Assembly (NCBI GenBank): GCA_031411255.1
Contig: JANOAS010000115.1
Location: 12,579-76,578 of the forward strand
Reading direction: 5' to 3'
DNA: 64,000 bases
Source: a bacterium
GTDB lineage: Bacteria > Verrucomicrobiota > Verrucomicrobiia > Verrucomicrobiales > V1-33
Shown: positions 1-9,687 of the stretch, piece by piece
Position numbering within the stretch: position 1 is the stretch's first letter
Layout of the letters: the number at the start of each line of letters is the position of its first letter
Notes under the pieces: model-generated
The model's database searches: none
What the model saw: the letters and a program-made list of their open reading frames with translations, nothing else
Told to the model about the DNA's origin: nothing
Position numbers and translations under genes: made by a program

Positions 1-1647
1 GGCGGAGTGGCGTGGAGTCCGGATGGAACGAGGCTGGCCTCTGCGGGGGCTGACAGCGCAGCCAGGGTATGGAACGTGGCGACGGGTGAGCTGGTGCGTG
101 AATTCAAGGCGGAGCGAGATCTTTGGGTGGTGGCGTGGAGCCCTGAGGGAGCCATGCTTGCCGTCGGTGGATTTGCGGATGAGCTTGCCCTCTGGGATGT
201 GGTTTCGGGAACGAAAGTGGCAACCTTTCCCGCCCTGGGAGGTGTGGGCGGAGCGTGCTGGAGCCAGCGTGGGCGCATCGCCGCATTCAGGAATGCAGAA
301 CCGGAGGGGCTGCAGCTGCTGGATGCCTCCCTCAACCCTGTGGGACCGACGAGGACGGAAATTCGGGCCTTTGCCTGGCGTGCCGGTGACCGCCTGGCAG
401 CCCACAGCCTCAGGGATGGGGGGCTGCGTGTGGTCGATGCGGAGGATGATTTTGCCGTCGTCTGGGAAGGCCGCTCCGGACGGGGCGAACCGGCGGTGAT
501 GTGCCTGAGTGAAAATCGCCTGCTGACGGCTGACCGGGATGGGGTGATCCAGGTTTGGGACTGGAAGGCGGGCAGGCTCCTGCGCTCCATGTCTGCGCAC
601 GAAGGCCGTGTGGAGAATCTGGACAGCAGAGCCGGCTTGATTTTGTCCTCCGGCCTCGATGGAAGTCTCAAGCTTTGGGCCATGCCGGAGGGGCCCGCCG
701 CCAGCCGAGAACTTGACGCGGCCGGGCCTGTTTTGTCCCTTCAGTGGGCCGGTGCGGGGCTGCGTGCCATGGTAATGCCCGAAGCTGCTGTGGCAGGGGC
801 TCGCGCGAGATTTCTCACCTGGACGGACCTGGCGAACAAGAAGCCGGCCATTTCTGTCCCGCTTACCGGCTATGGGGCATGGAGTCCGGACGGGGAAGTC
901 ATCGCGGTGGTGCACCCGGAGGGCCAAGTGGCCTGGCACTGCCGGGACGGGGTGAAGACGGGGGAAAATGAGACTGGGGGCAAGGACATCCTGCACGCGC
1001 TGTGGAGTCCTCAGGGCGACCGGCTCTGGATCAGCAATCCCGAACACCCAGAGGGGCCGTCGTTGATCTGGGATGTGAAGAACGGACGGCGGGTTTGCGG
1101 CATCCCAGCCTCGCCGGTGCAGCATCCCCGGACCGAAAAGCTGCCTCCCTGTGCCTGGAGCCCGGACGGAAAGTCGCTGGTCATGTCCGCCGGGGGCATC
1201 CACTACGATGCGGTCTCCGGCGCACTGCTGCCCGGCTGGCCGCAGGAGGACCATGGGTTGAATGCACCGGGGCGCATCACCGCATGGGCCTGGCATCCGT
1301 CCGGGCGGATCGTGGCGGCGGGGCGGGAGAGTGGAAAGGTGGAACTGCGTGATGCCGGAACCGGCAGGCTTCTGCTGGCAAGGCGCGTCCACAGTGGGGC
1401 AGTCACCGCTCTGCACTGGCATCCATACGAGGAACGCCTGGCCTCGTGTGGACGGGACGGTTCGGTACGCGTGCTGGATTCTGACACGCTGGATGACCTT
1501 ATCGTCTTCACCGATCACAATGCAGAAGTCACCGCCGTGGCCTGGAGTGTGGACGGTGAAACTCTCGCGACGGGAGGCATGGACGGCCACGTTTTCCTCC
1601 GGGAGAGCCGCCCTGCCCCTGCTCACGGATCCGACCGCACCCGGTAA
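1..1647 (+). CDS. WD40-repeat beta-propeller protein, 5'-truncated by window edge
   Basis: Repeated AWSPDG/LAS.G.D..VRVWD motifs; frame is open to position 1. Confidence 0.85.
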   Translation, partial: GGVAWSPDGTRLASAGADSAARVWNVATGELVREFKAERDLWVVAWSPEGAMLAVGGFADELALWDVVSGTKVATFPALGGVGGACWSQRGRIAAFRNAEPEGLQLLDASLNPVGPTRTEIRAFAWRAGDRLAAHSLRDGGLRVVDAEDDFAVVWEGRSGRGEPAVMCLSENRLLTADRDGVIQVWDWKAGRLLRSMSAHEGRVENLDSRAGLILSSGLDGSLKLWAMPEGPAASRELDAAGPVLSLQWAGAGLRAMVMPEAAVAGARARFLTWTDLANKKPAISVPLTGYGAWSPDGEVIAVVHPEGQVAWHCRDGVKTGENETGGKDILHALWSPQGDRLWISNPEHPEGPSLIWDVKNGRRVCGIPASPVQHPRTEKLPPCAWSPDGKSLVMSAGGIHYDAVSGALLPGWPQEDHGLNAPGRITAWAWHPSGRIVAAGRESGKVELRDAGTGRLLLARRVHSGAVTALHWHPYEERLASCGRDGSVRVLDSDTLDDLIVFTDHNAEVTAVAWSVDGETLATGGMDGHVFLRESRPAPAHGSDRTR

Positions 1648-3470
1648 AACCGGAAGGGCTCTTGCGGCACGAACAGTGGGTCGAAGACACCCGAGACATC
1701 GAGCGGAATAATACGATCGAGATCCTCCCACGAGTCGGGGAGGCCGCCCAAGGAAGTGGAGCTCTGGAGCGTGTAGCGGGCGTGGGGCTTGGCTAGAAAC
1801 CTCAGCCGGAGTCTGCCGTCTGGCTCAAAGGCGAGCGAGTGCGACTCCGGGGCAAAGGCTCGCGAGGGGGTGGTCAACTCAAGCGGAAGTTCAAGAGCAT
1901 TCCCCGCCAGGTCCCGCCCGTGGAGTGTGATGCGGTAGTCGCGGAGCACTTCCCAGGAAAAGGGCAGCCGCAGCGTGGTGAGGCTGCCGGATTTTGAGCC
2001 GGAGGCCGGAATCGTGAGCGGGCCCGTGCCGGAATGGTAGCGCCAGCCGCTGCCCCGCGGGTCCGCCGCCACCGCTGTGAAGCCGCCACTTCCTGCCGAA
2101 AAATCTGCCGCGAGGAGGGGCGCTGCGCCTGCGGTCACTGTCAGGGAGCCCAGCTCCCAGTTGGGCCAGCGCGACCGGCCACCTTCGTCCCAGGATCCCA
2201 GCAACTGCACGGAAAAAGTGTCGCCGGGATCGAACTCCGGCAGAATGACGGTGCTGGTGATGAGCTGGCCCAGCCCGTAGCCGTCCGAGGGGCCGTTGAA
2301 TCCGTCCAGCATCTCGAGCGGACCGGTTCCACGGATGCTCCGGACGTAGCCATTGGCGGTGAACTGGCTGCTGGAAAGCAGATCTGGCGGGCCTCCATTG
2401 ATGGACAACCTGACGGCCCCGGCATCCCAGGCGGAGCCGTCGTACTCAAAATCGTAGCGGTGCTGGAAGATGAGCGTCACCGTGCCGCCAGAGGGGGGAA
2501 CGGTGAGGCTGGGGCTGGTCAGGGTGCTGGTCGCGGGGCCTTCGATGAGGGCGCCGTCCGCATACCAGCCCGCCCGCATTCCCTCCACCGTGGCGGTGAA
2601 GGAGCCTGGGTCTGCCACACTTCCGGGCGCGTATTCCTCGACCGTGATTTGCAGGTGCCCTGCATCCGCGACCGCCCGGTCGACCGCTCGCGCGGTGGGA
2701 AAGAGGGTGGCCCGGCTGTTCTGGTGGCTGGCGGCCACCTCCGCCGCCGTCAGCGCCGCATCATGCACCCGCACTCTGGCCAGGCTCAGCCCGTAGTTGA
2801 TGCCCACCGGTTCCCCCGTGGTTTCGTTTTGCCCGCCGATGATGAAAGGGTAAGCCGGAAGCGTCTGCGCCGGAGCCGTGCCACTGTTCACCAGAATGCC
2901 ATCGACGTAGAGCCGCACATCACCGTCCGTGCTGGAGGTGACGGCCAGGTGGTGCCAGCGCCCCGCCTGAGGCATGCCGCCACCGGGAATCCACGGCAGG
3001 TTGCTGTCCCACTGGTGCAGGGCGCCGACCAATGGATGGTCCCCGTAGTGGAACGCGAAGAGGGAGCCGGTCTGGCCGCCGCGTCTGCCCCAGGAGATCA
3101 TGGTTTCCTCAAGGCCTCCGGCGCTGTCATTGTAGGCCCAGACCTCGACGCTGCGGGCCGGGTTCGTGCCGGTCACGGAGGCGGGTGCCGCCGGGCCGAC
3201 GAGATAGTCGGAGGGATAGAAGGTGGTCACGCACTTCACGCCCATGACCCGGATGACTTCTGGTGAGCCGCTGGCGTTAAAACTGCCGCCAGCCGAGCCG
3301 CTATTGGGCCACCCAGTGACTTTGCCAAAGGGAAGCCCGGCGGCGTCCAGATCGACAACCAACGCCGCATGCGTCCCGCCGGCCAGGGAAAGCATGGCGA
3401 AGAGAGCCAGTCGGGTTGCGGTAAAGTGAGTGATCGGCAGGACCGGGATTTCCATAAGAAGTCCGGCCAT
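1623..3470 (-). CDS. Secreted LamG/concanavalin-A-like domain protein with C-terminal putative sorting domain
   Basis: Signal-like N-terminus; GRWHHLAVT..VRLYVDG and ARVRVHDAALTAAEV LamG motifs; ends YTLQSSTSL..W..RFYRVRSDP; start uncertain. Confidence 0.8.
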   Translation of the reverse strand: MAGLLMEIPVLPITHFTATRLALFAMLSLAGGTHAALVVDLDAAGLPFGKVTGWPNSGSAGGSFNASGSPEVIRVMGVKCVTTFYPSDYLVGPAAPASVTGTNPARSVEVWAYNDSAGGLEETMISWGRRGGQTGSLFAFHYGDHPLVGALHQWDSNLPWIPGGGMPQAGRWHHLAVTSSTDGDVRLYVDGILVNSGTAPAQTLPAYPFIIGGQNETTGEPVGINYGLSLARVRVHDAALTAAEVAASHQNSRATLFPTARAVDRAVADAGHLQITVEEYAPGSVADPGSFTATVEGMRAGWYADGALIEGPATSTLTSPSLTVPPSGGTVTLIFQHRYDFEYDGSAWDAGAVRLSINGGPPDLLSSSQFTANGYVRSIRGTGPLEMLDGFNGPSDGYGLGQLITSTVILPEFDPGDTFSVQLLGSWDEGGRSRWPNWELGSLTVTAGAAPLLAADFSAGSGGFTAVAADPRGSGWRYHSGTGPLTIPASGSKSGSLTTLRLPFSWEVLRDYRITLHGRDLAGNALELPLELTTPSRAFAPESHSLAFEPDGRLRLRFLAKPHARYTLQSSTSLGGLPDSWEDLDRIIPLDVSGVFDPLFVPQEPFRFYRVRSDP

Positions 3471-3503
3471 GATAGCGTGGATGGCGCTTCATTCAAGCCG
3501 TAG

Positions 3504-5891
3504 TCAGGGCTGGCGCAGCTGCCAGTAGCGGCGAGGGTCGCTGGTGGGCACGGCGAAGGGGCTGGTCGCACCGGGCACGTCGGTCCAGTTGGTCATGTCG
3601 GTGGAGGTTTGCAGGACTCCGCAGGTCCACCGCAGGATGACGGCGGGCTCAGTGGTGAGCCCGGCAGCGTTGCGGAAAAAGGTGCCGGTGAGGACGCTCT
3701 GCCGGCCGCCCGGTCCCGTGGCCGTGATGGTGATGCTGTGGGTGCCATCCGCGACGGCGGCGAGGTCGATGCTGAAGGCGGGGCTGGCGGAGGCTGGCTG
3801 GCTGACGATCACGACGGGGCCGTCATCAACCGAATAGCTGATTTCGGTGACGACCGTGCCATGGCTCTCCACAACTCCGGTGATCCAAGTTTCCGCTCCG
3901 GTGAGGCAGGCGGGGATGGCGGATTGAATCTGGAACTCCGTCTCCAGACAAAGACGTCCGCGGGCGGGAACGGTCACCTTGATGGGGAGCAGCTCGACGC
4001 TTGATCCCGGGGGCTGGTTGCCAGGGTTGATGCGGGGATGAAGGATCCAGTGGCCGGCGGGAAGCAGGGTGCGCAGGGAGCCGGTGGTGGCGGCTGCGGC
4101 CTGACTCACGGGCCATCCAAAGGCGGCAAATCCCTCCAGGCTCACGGGATTTGCCGGATGATCGGGATCGTCAGTCACGCTCCTGATGTCCGGCTGGTAA
4201 AGGGTGCCGGTGGTGCTGCGGATGAGGAGGCAGACTTCACCGAAATCGCGGGAAATGTCGAATGTGGCGGTGCTGTCCGTCTGGATTTCGCGGCGGAGCG
4301 TGGCGTCGTCCCGGCGGTCCTGCATGGTGTAGGTGGTGTGGAAATAGGTGTCCGCGCTGGCACCCGAATTGACCATGCTGAGGGTGAGGCTGTCTGCTTT
4401 CCAGAACGAGGCCTCGCTGTTCAGACCGCCGAGGGCGAGCTGGTATTGGCCCTGAAAGCTTGCGGTGGCAGGATTGAACGCCCCTGGCAGCGGGATGAAG
4501 GCCTGACCGCCCGAGGCGGTGTGTGTGGCGCCTGGTGCCGGCGCATCGAGGCCGTTGGCCCACAAAAGAGATCCATTGAACCATTCGGTCGCGTCCGAGT
4601 CCGGAAGGCCGTCACCATTGGTGTCGCTGCTGGTGGACCTCGCGACGTGGGCGAGCAGGGCTGGCTGGCCAGGAAGGGAAGGGGGGCCGCTCAGGGTGAG
4701 GCTGCCCCGGAGGGTGCCGGGGCGGATGACGAAGGTGTCGCTGGTGTCCAGATTCCCAGCGGTGATGACCGGGGCGGGGTTCGTGCCACTGCCAAGTGCA
4801 GGGGTGCGCAGATATTGGAGACCAAAGACGCCGGCCGCATTTCCCGGCACACTGCGGCGGAGAAATGTCTCGCCATAGGCGGTGTAGAAGCCGCCTCCCG
4901 GCGGCGGTGTGGGCAGAAGGCTGAAGGCGGTGAAGTTGCCACTTGATTCAGTTAGAAAGTTCGTTCCGAAGAAATTCCGGTGCCGCTCCCAGTTGCCATA
5001 CCCGTCGCCTGCATTGAACTCGACGTGAATGAGAGGGAAGTCCGGCCGGGAATCTCCGGGAATGGGAGTGGGTGCGTAGATTTCAAAGTAGCCGTCATCG
5101 GTGGAGGCTGCCGCAGAGGGGGGAACATCCGATCGGGTGATGTCGAACCTCCCTGACAGTGAACCTGAGGTGTTTCCCGCCGTGTCGATGATCACCGGGA
5201 TGGTGAGGGAGGTGTTGGCAGGGAGCGCGGTCGCGACGTAAGTCTCGATGGTGTATTTTTTCCTGTATTTGCCTCCCGCCGGATTGTTGCCGCCGAGGTC
5301 CACGTAAACATTGAATCTGACCTTCCCGCCGCCCCGGGCGAGAAAGTCGACCTGGGAGGTGAAGGGCTGCAGGTAGAGATTTCCGGGGGCCAGTGGCGGG
5401 GTGGTGATGTCCTCGGCCAGGATGATTCCACCATTCACCATGACGGGAGCGGCGAACTGATCCTGAAACTGGAAGGTCACAATGGTGCCGGTTTCCTGAA
5501 TGTTCCAAACCGGGGCTGCGCCACTCGTGGAGAGGCCGGAGACGGGCAGGAAATAGTATTGCTGGCCGTTGTTCAGCTCGCAGAGGATTTGCGTTTTGTA
5601 AGTGAGTCCGGCCTCTGTGTCATCCACGGCCAGGACCGTGGGGGCGGACAGGGGGCCGGCGGCCAGGTAGTTCGCCAGAGCCTGCCGGTTGCCACCGGGG
5701 GGCGCCGGATCGGTGGTTGAGGTGACGTAAACCTTTTTTAGTCCGGGACCAGCCGGTGTGCTCATCAGCATGCTGACGGGGCCGGTGTTTCCGAAGGAGA
5801 CGTTGAGTTGCACGTCTTTTGGCGTGAAGACTTGCGCGCCAGCCGTGGCGGCGGCGCAGGCGAGGAGGAGCGGGAGGAGCAGTGGTTTCAT
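3504..5891 (-). CDS. Secreted hypothetical protein (~795 aa), beta-rich, with C-terminal putative sorting domain
   Basis: Start moved to MKPLLLPLLLACAAATAGAQ (signal peptide); DTNGDGLPD Ca-binding-like motif; ends LQTSTDMTNW..RRYWQLRQP. Confidence 0.8.
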   Translation of the reverse strand: MKPLLLPLLLACAAATAGAQVFTPKDVQLNVSFGNTGPVSMLMSTPAGPGLKKVYVTSTTDPAPPGGNRQALANYLAAGPLSAPTVLAVDDTEAGLTYKTQILCELNNGQQYYFLPVSGLSTSGAAPVWNIQETGTIVTFQFQDQFAAPVMVNGGIILAEDITTPPLAPGNLYLQPFTSQVDFLARGGGKVRFNVYVDLGGNNPAGGKYRKKYTIETYVATALPANTSLTIPVIIDTAGNTSGSLSGRFDITRSDVPPSAAASTDDGYFEIYAPTPIPGDSRPDFPLIHVEFNAGDGYGNWERHRNFFGTNFLTESSGNFTAFSLLPTPPPGGGFYTAYGETFLRRSVPGNAAGVFGLQYLRTPALGSGTNPAPVITAGNLDTSDTFVIRPGTLRGSLTLSGPPSLPGQPALLAHVARSTSSDTNGDGLPDSDATEWFNGSLLWANGLDAPAPGATHTASGGQAFIPLPGAFNPATASFQGQYQLALGGLNSEASFWKADSLTLSMVNSGASADTYFHTTYTMQDRRDDATLRREIQTDSTATFDISRDFGEVCLLIRSTTGTLYQPDIRSVTDDPDHPANPVSLEGFAAFGWPVSQAAAATTGSLRTLLPAGHWILHPRINPGNQPPGSSVELLPIKVTVPARGRLCLETEFQIQSAIPACLTGAETWITGVVESHGTVVTEISYSVDDGPVVIVSQPASASPAFSIDLAAVADGTHSITITATGPGGRQSVLTGTFFRNAAGLTTEPAVILRWTCGVLQTSTDMTNWTDVPGATSPFAVPTSDPRRYWQLRQP

Positions 5892-5931
5892 GGTGGCGGG
5901 ATGGTGGCGGGATGGTTGAGAGGCTGGGGGT

Positions 5932-8900
5932 TCAGGGTTGGTTGGAAACGCGCAGCCGCATCTGCACGCGGGATGTGGCGCCGGTGTAGGCGGCGGTGAG
6001 GGTGGCGCAGTCTTCCTGGACGATGACGACATCGCGCGTGGTCCAGTGGAGGAGGTCTGCGCTGGCCTCCACGTCCCAGCGGAGCCGGGGATCGAAGCCC
6101 GCCTGCGGACCCTTGCGAACGAACAGGCGCAGTTCGCCGAACGGATTGTCCAGCGGCTCAGGGATGAGGAGGATGGAGTTTGGGTTTTCACCCTCGGGGC
6201 TGAGCGGGACGCCGCCGAGGGCGTATTCAAGGAGATTGTCGAGGCCGTCGTTGTCCTCGTCCGCCGTCATGCTGGTGACGCCGCGGGTGGAGGCCCAGGA
6301 GGTGAAGCCGGGATATGTCAGGTTGCTGCTGCCGGGCGTGGGCGTGAACTGACGGAAGGCCCCGCTGTCGAACGGTGCGCGGGCATCAGGGCACCGGGCG
6401 GTGGAGAAGTTGATGAACGTGGCGGGAGGATTCGGAGCGGGGCCTTCGTCTGCCTGCACGCCGCCAGGCGTGAAAAGGGCGACGAGCGCGAGGTCGGGCG
6501 CATCGTCGGTAACGTGCGTGATGGCATCAATGAGGTCCGCATTCACGACCGGCGGCGTGCCAGGCGGGAAGTTGTAGTATGGAGCGAAGAAGCCTCCTCC
6601 CCCGCCACCGCCGCCGCCGCCTGCGGGCTTTTTGTAGATGGCGACCGCGCCGCTGCTGTTGGTGAGCCAGCCGGAGGTGAGTTCGGGGAAACTGACGCCG
6701 TCTATGAGAAGGAGGCCGGAGCTGTTCGTCATGCGGCCCTGGAGATCGATGACGCGATAGGCTCCGTTGTCGGGGGCATCAGCATCGAAGAGTACGACGA
6801 TGAAGTCGTGGAGCGGCTTGTTTCCGATGCCGCCGTCGTAGAGTTCGATGAATTCGCCAAAGTCGGGGCCGCCGCCACCGGTGTTCGACTGGGCGTTGAT
6901 CTCGTTGATGTAGATGCGGCGGTCGTTGTCGAGCACGGTGAGGGAGGCCACGCCATTGAGAAAGCCGGACCCGATGGCTGTCAGGGTCACGGTGCGGTCA
7001 CCGGCGGCCAGGAAGTCCTGCTGAATCGAGAGTGGCAAGGTGATGGCGGCCTCGCCGACGGGCAGGACGGCTGTGTCCGCCACACTGACCAGTGATGACG
7101 CATCGGAACGTAGCTGGAGGGTGAGCTGCCCGGTCAGCGGGCCGGGGCGGGAGATGGTCACGCTCGCGGCATTCCAGCCCGCGCCCTCCACCACGCTGCC
7201 GCGGGAAATGCTGACGGTCAGCGCCTGAGTGAGCGGCAGCCAAGGGGTGAGATTCACCCTCCGCCCTGGCGAGCCGGGCGCACCGCCGGGCACGAACCCG
7301 GTGTTTTGATGTTGAAATGCCTGCCACGCGCTGCCCGTGAGTTCCGGCCAGCGTGTAGTGGGGAAGAAAAAGTGATAGTAGGTGAAGCTGGCGAGCACCG
7401 CCGCGCCGCTGGCCGCGGTGGAGTGCAATGTGAGCGGGTAGAAGCCCTCGCCGATGCCGTGCCCGCCGCTGGCACGCTGCACCCAGGCCTGCCCCAGCGC
7501 GCCGGTCGCGCCTTCGGCGATGTTGCCGCCGCCGAAAAGAACGAGCGCCTGGCGCGGCTGGAGCACGGTGCCCGCGGGGAAGGTGTGCAGGTACAGCGGC
7601 CCGCGCCACACGCTCTGACCACTCAGGTCCTGCATTGCGTCGTTGCGGTTCACCAGTTCACAGTAGGCGTCGTCTGTTTTGCTGGCCAGGCCGTCGCCGT
7701 TGAAGTCCCATGCGGCGCTGGTGAACGCCTCGTTGAAAATGACCGGTGCGTCCGCCTCCGGCTGCGTCACACTTTCCCAGGTGGAGCCCATGCGCAGGTC
7801 ATCAAGCTGGCAGGCGGCAATGGAGAACAGCCCCAGATCGAGAATACTGTGGTAGTCTCCGGTTTTGATCGAGGGCCGGTAATAATACTCCGGCATGTCC
7901 GGGGCCACGTCGGTGTAGAGCTTGAACTCGTCGGTGACGCCAAAATCCGCGCGCACCACCAGACGCGCGGCGCGCCCGGGCACGATATCGGAGCTTTGAA
8001 AGCTCTGCTGGCCCGCGCCGCCCACATCTTCGATGACCCACTTGCCGGTCTCGCCCGCACCGGGCTTGCCGATGAAGATCATCGGCCCTCCGGAGGTGAT
8101 GAGCCGCACTCCAGCATAGGCGTTCGCCGCCGTGCTTTCCGTGGAGAGGAGAAAGCTGAAATACGTCACCGTGTTGTTATTCCCGGGGGCAAATGCGAGC
8201 GGGCGGGACAGGCTCACTGTGCCATCCACCGCCGCCACCGTGATGCGCCGGCCGCCGTCGCTGCCCAGGCTGCCGGCCGTGCTCACCGCGCTGAACGAAT
8301 TGCCTTCCTCGGAGGGCGAAAACCACGCGCCGCGTTCATCGCGGGAATCATCGTAATACCACGGCCCCGACCAGCCGTTTGCCACGGAGCCCTGGTGGCG
8401 CAGCGGCCCGGCCGCCGTGTCGTCAAACGTCGCTGTCGCCTGTGCCACCGTCTGCATCAGGCTGATGGTGGAGGCGATTTCATAGCCGGCATAGCCGAGT
8501 CTGCCGGCCACGCTGATGAGGAACGTCTCTCCCGCGCCGGCTCGGAACACAGAGGGCAGTCCGTGGGTGATGACATCCGCTGTCGCGGGCAGGCCGGGCA
8601 CGTACCGGCACACGCAAAAGGAGGGCGATTCATTCCCCAGCGTAAAAGTGCCATCCAGCTTGTAAGTGCCCGCCTCGGGAGCCCTCCAGCGATACCACAG
8701 CGTGCGGCGCATGCCCCCGGGCGTCACTTCATCCGCCTCCCTGGTTGCGGAGAAAGTCTGCACCGGCCAGGACTGCGGCAGGCTGCCGGAGAGTTCCACC
8801 GCCGCCGCGCGTGCATCATTTGCCGGCGCGGGCGGCAGGGCGTATTTCACGCTCAACTGAAAGGACCCCTGCGTGCCGTCCCACCCGCCAACTTGAACGA

Positions 8901-9687
8901 CGTAATACTGGCCTGATCCGGATGGAGTGAACGTGACGCGGCTGCTGTAGTCGCCGGGCGCGGCGTCGTCATTCCAATCAAGGAGTGTCGTCTGACCGTA
9001 TGTGTAAACGGCCAGCACGGTGTCCAGAGTGCTGCCCGCTGTGCTGATTTCGCAGGGAAACGGGCCGTAGGAAAAGAGAAGAAAATAGACAGTGGAGCCG
9101 GTGTTCGCGCCAGGCGGCAATGCCTCCTGCGGCGCCACCGTCGCGCCGAAGTTGCTGCTGGCCAGCGTCAGCGACGGCTGGCGTGGGAGTTCGGCATAAC
9201 CCCCATTCTCCGGTCCGTCGTTCGGCGGAGGCATGGTATTCAACGTGAAGCTGAACGATCCGGCTGCGGTGTTGTAGGCTGCGGAGACTTGGAGCCGCAG
9301 CACCTGGCCGGCGGTGACGCGAAAGGGCCTGACGGAGGAGCCCGTTGTCTGGTGATTGAGCAGCAGACGGCTCTGATCCGGCACGCCGGGACCATCCTGG
9401 TAAGCCGCGATGACGACGCCGTTTGGCAGCGCCGCGCCCACCCAGCCGTCAGCCGGCGCCGTCCACCGCCACCAGACGGTGCTGTGGATGGCCCCCAGGG
9501 AGAGGGAATACGGGAAGTTGCTTTCGCCGGCCTCGAGCGTGGCCTCCGCGCAGGTGCCGGCAAGGGTCACGGGCAGCGTGCTGCCGAGGTCAATGGCGTC
9601 AGCGTATTGGTCGTTGGCCGGGGGCGCGGCCCGCGCCGTGAGCATCGGGAGCAGGAGCAGGGCGGAAAGGAGCAGTCCGAGTCTCAT
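5932..9687 (-). CDS. Secreted multidomain protein: three PPAND-type repeats, two lamin-tail-like domains, Calx-beta-like domain, C-terminal domain
   Basis: Signal peptide MRLGLLL..ARA; PPANDQY, PPPNDG and PAPANDA repeats with VWWRWTAP-type motifs; IFNE..D.NGDG..ELVN and IYINEI..EFIELYD lamin-tail-like motifs. Confidence 0.8.
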   Translation of the reverse strand: MRLGLLLSALLLLPMLTARAAPPANDQYADAIDLGSTLPVTLAGTCAEATLEAGESNFPYSLSLGAIHSTVWWRWTAPADGWVGAALPNGVVIAAYQDGPGVPDQSRLLLNHQTTGSSVRPFRVTAGQVLRLQVSAAYNTAAGSFSFTLNTMPPPNDGPENGGYAELPRQPSLTLASSNFGATVAPQEALPPGANTGSTVYFLLFSYGPFPCEISTAGSTLDTVLAVYTYGQTTLLDWNDDAAPGDYSSRVTFTPSGSGQYYVVQVGGWDGTQGSFQLSVKYALPPAPANDARAAAVELSGSLPQSWPVQTFSATREADEVTPGGMRRTLWYRWRAPEAGTYKLDGTFTLGNESPSFCVCRYVPGLPATADVITHGLPSVFRAGAGETFLISVAGRLGYAGYEIASTISLMQTVAQATATFDDTAAGPLRHQGSVANGWSGPWYYDDSRDERGAWFSPSEEGNSFSAVSTAGSLGSDGGRRITVAAVDGTVSLSRPLAFAPGNNNTVTYFSFLLSTESTAANAYAGVRLITSGGPMIFIGKPGAGETGKWVIEDVGGAGQQSFQSSDIVPGRAARLVVRADFGVTDEFKLYTDVAPDMPEYYYRPSIKTGDYHSILDLGLFSIAACQLDDLRMGSTWESVTQPEADAPVIFNEAFTSAAWDFNGDGLASKTDDAYCELVNRNDAMQDLSGQSVWRGPLYLHTFPAGTVLQPRQALVLFGGGNIAEGATGALGQAWVQRASGGHGIGEGFYPLTLHSTAASGAAVLASFTYYHFFFPTTRWPELTGSAWQAFQHQNTGFVPGGAPGSPGRRVNLTPWLPLTQALTVSISRGSVVEGAGWNAASVTISRPGPLTGQLTLQLRSDASSLVSVADTAVLPVGEAAITLPLSIQQDFLAAGDRTVTLTAIGSGFLNGVASLTVLDNDRRIYINEINAQSNTGGGGPDFGEFIELYDGGIGNKPLHDFIVVLFDADAPDNGAYRVIDLQGRMTNSSGLLLIDGVSFPELTSGWLTNSSGAVAIYKKPAGGGGGGGGGGFFAPYYNFPPGTPPVVNADLIDAITHVTDDAPDLALVALFTPGGVQADEGPAPNPPATFINFSTARCPDARAPFDSGAFRQFTPTPGSSNLTYPGFTSWASTRGVTSMTADEDNDGLDNLLEYALGGVPLSPEGENPNSILLIPEPLDNPFGELRLFVRKGPQAGFDPRLRWDVEASADLLHWTTRDVVIVQEDCATLTAAYTGATSRVQMRLRVSNQP

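Noticed and set aside
1623..1647. 25-bp overlap of convergent genes as a regulatory feature
   Set aside because: Short 3' overlaps are common and nothing else supports a function.
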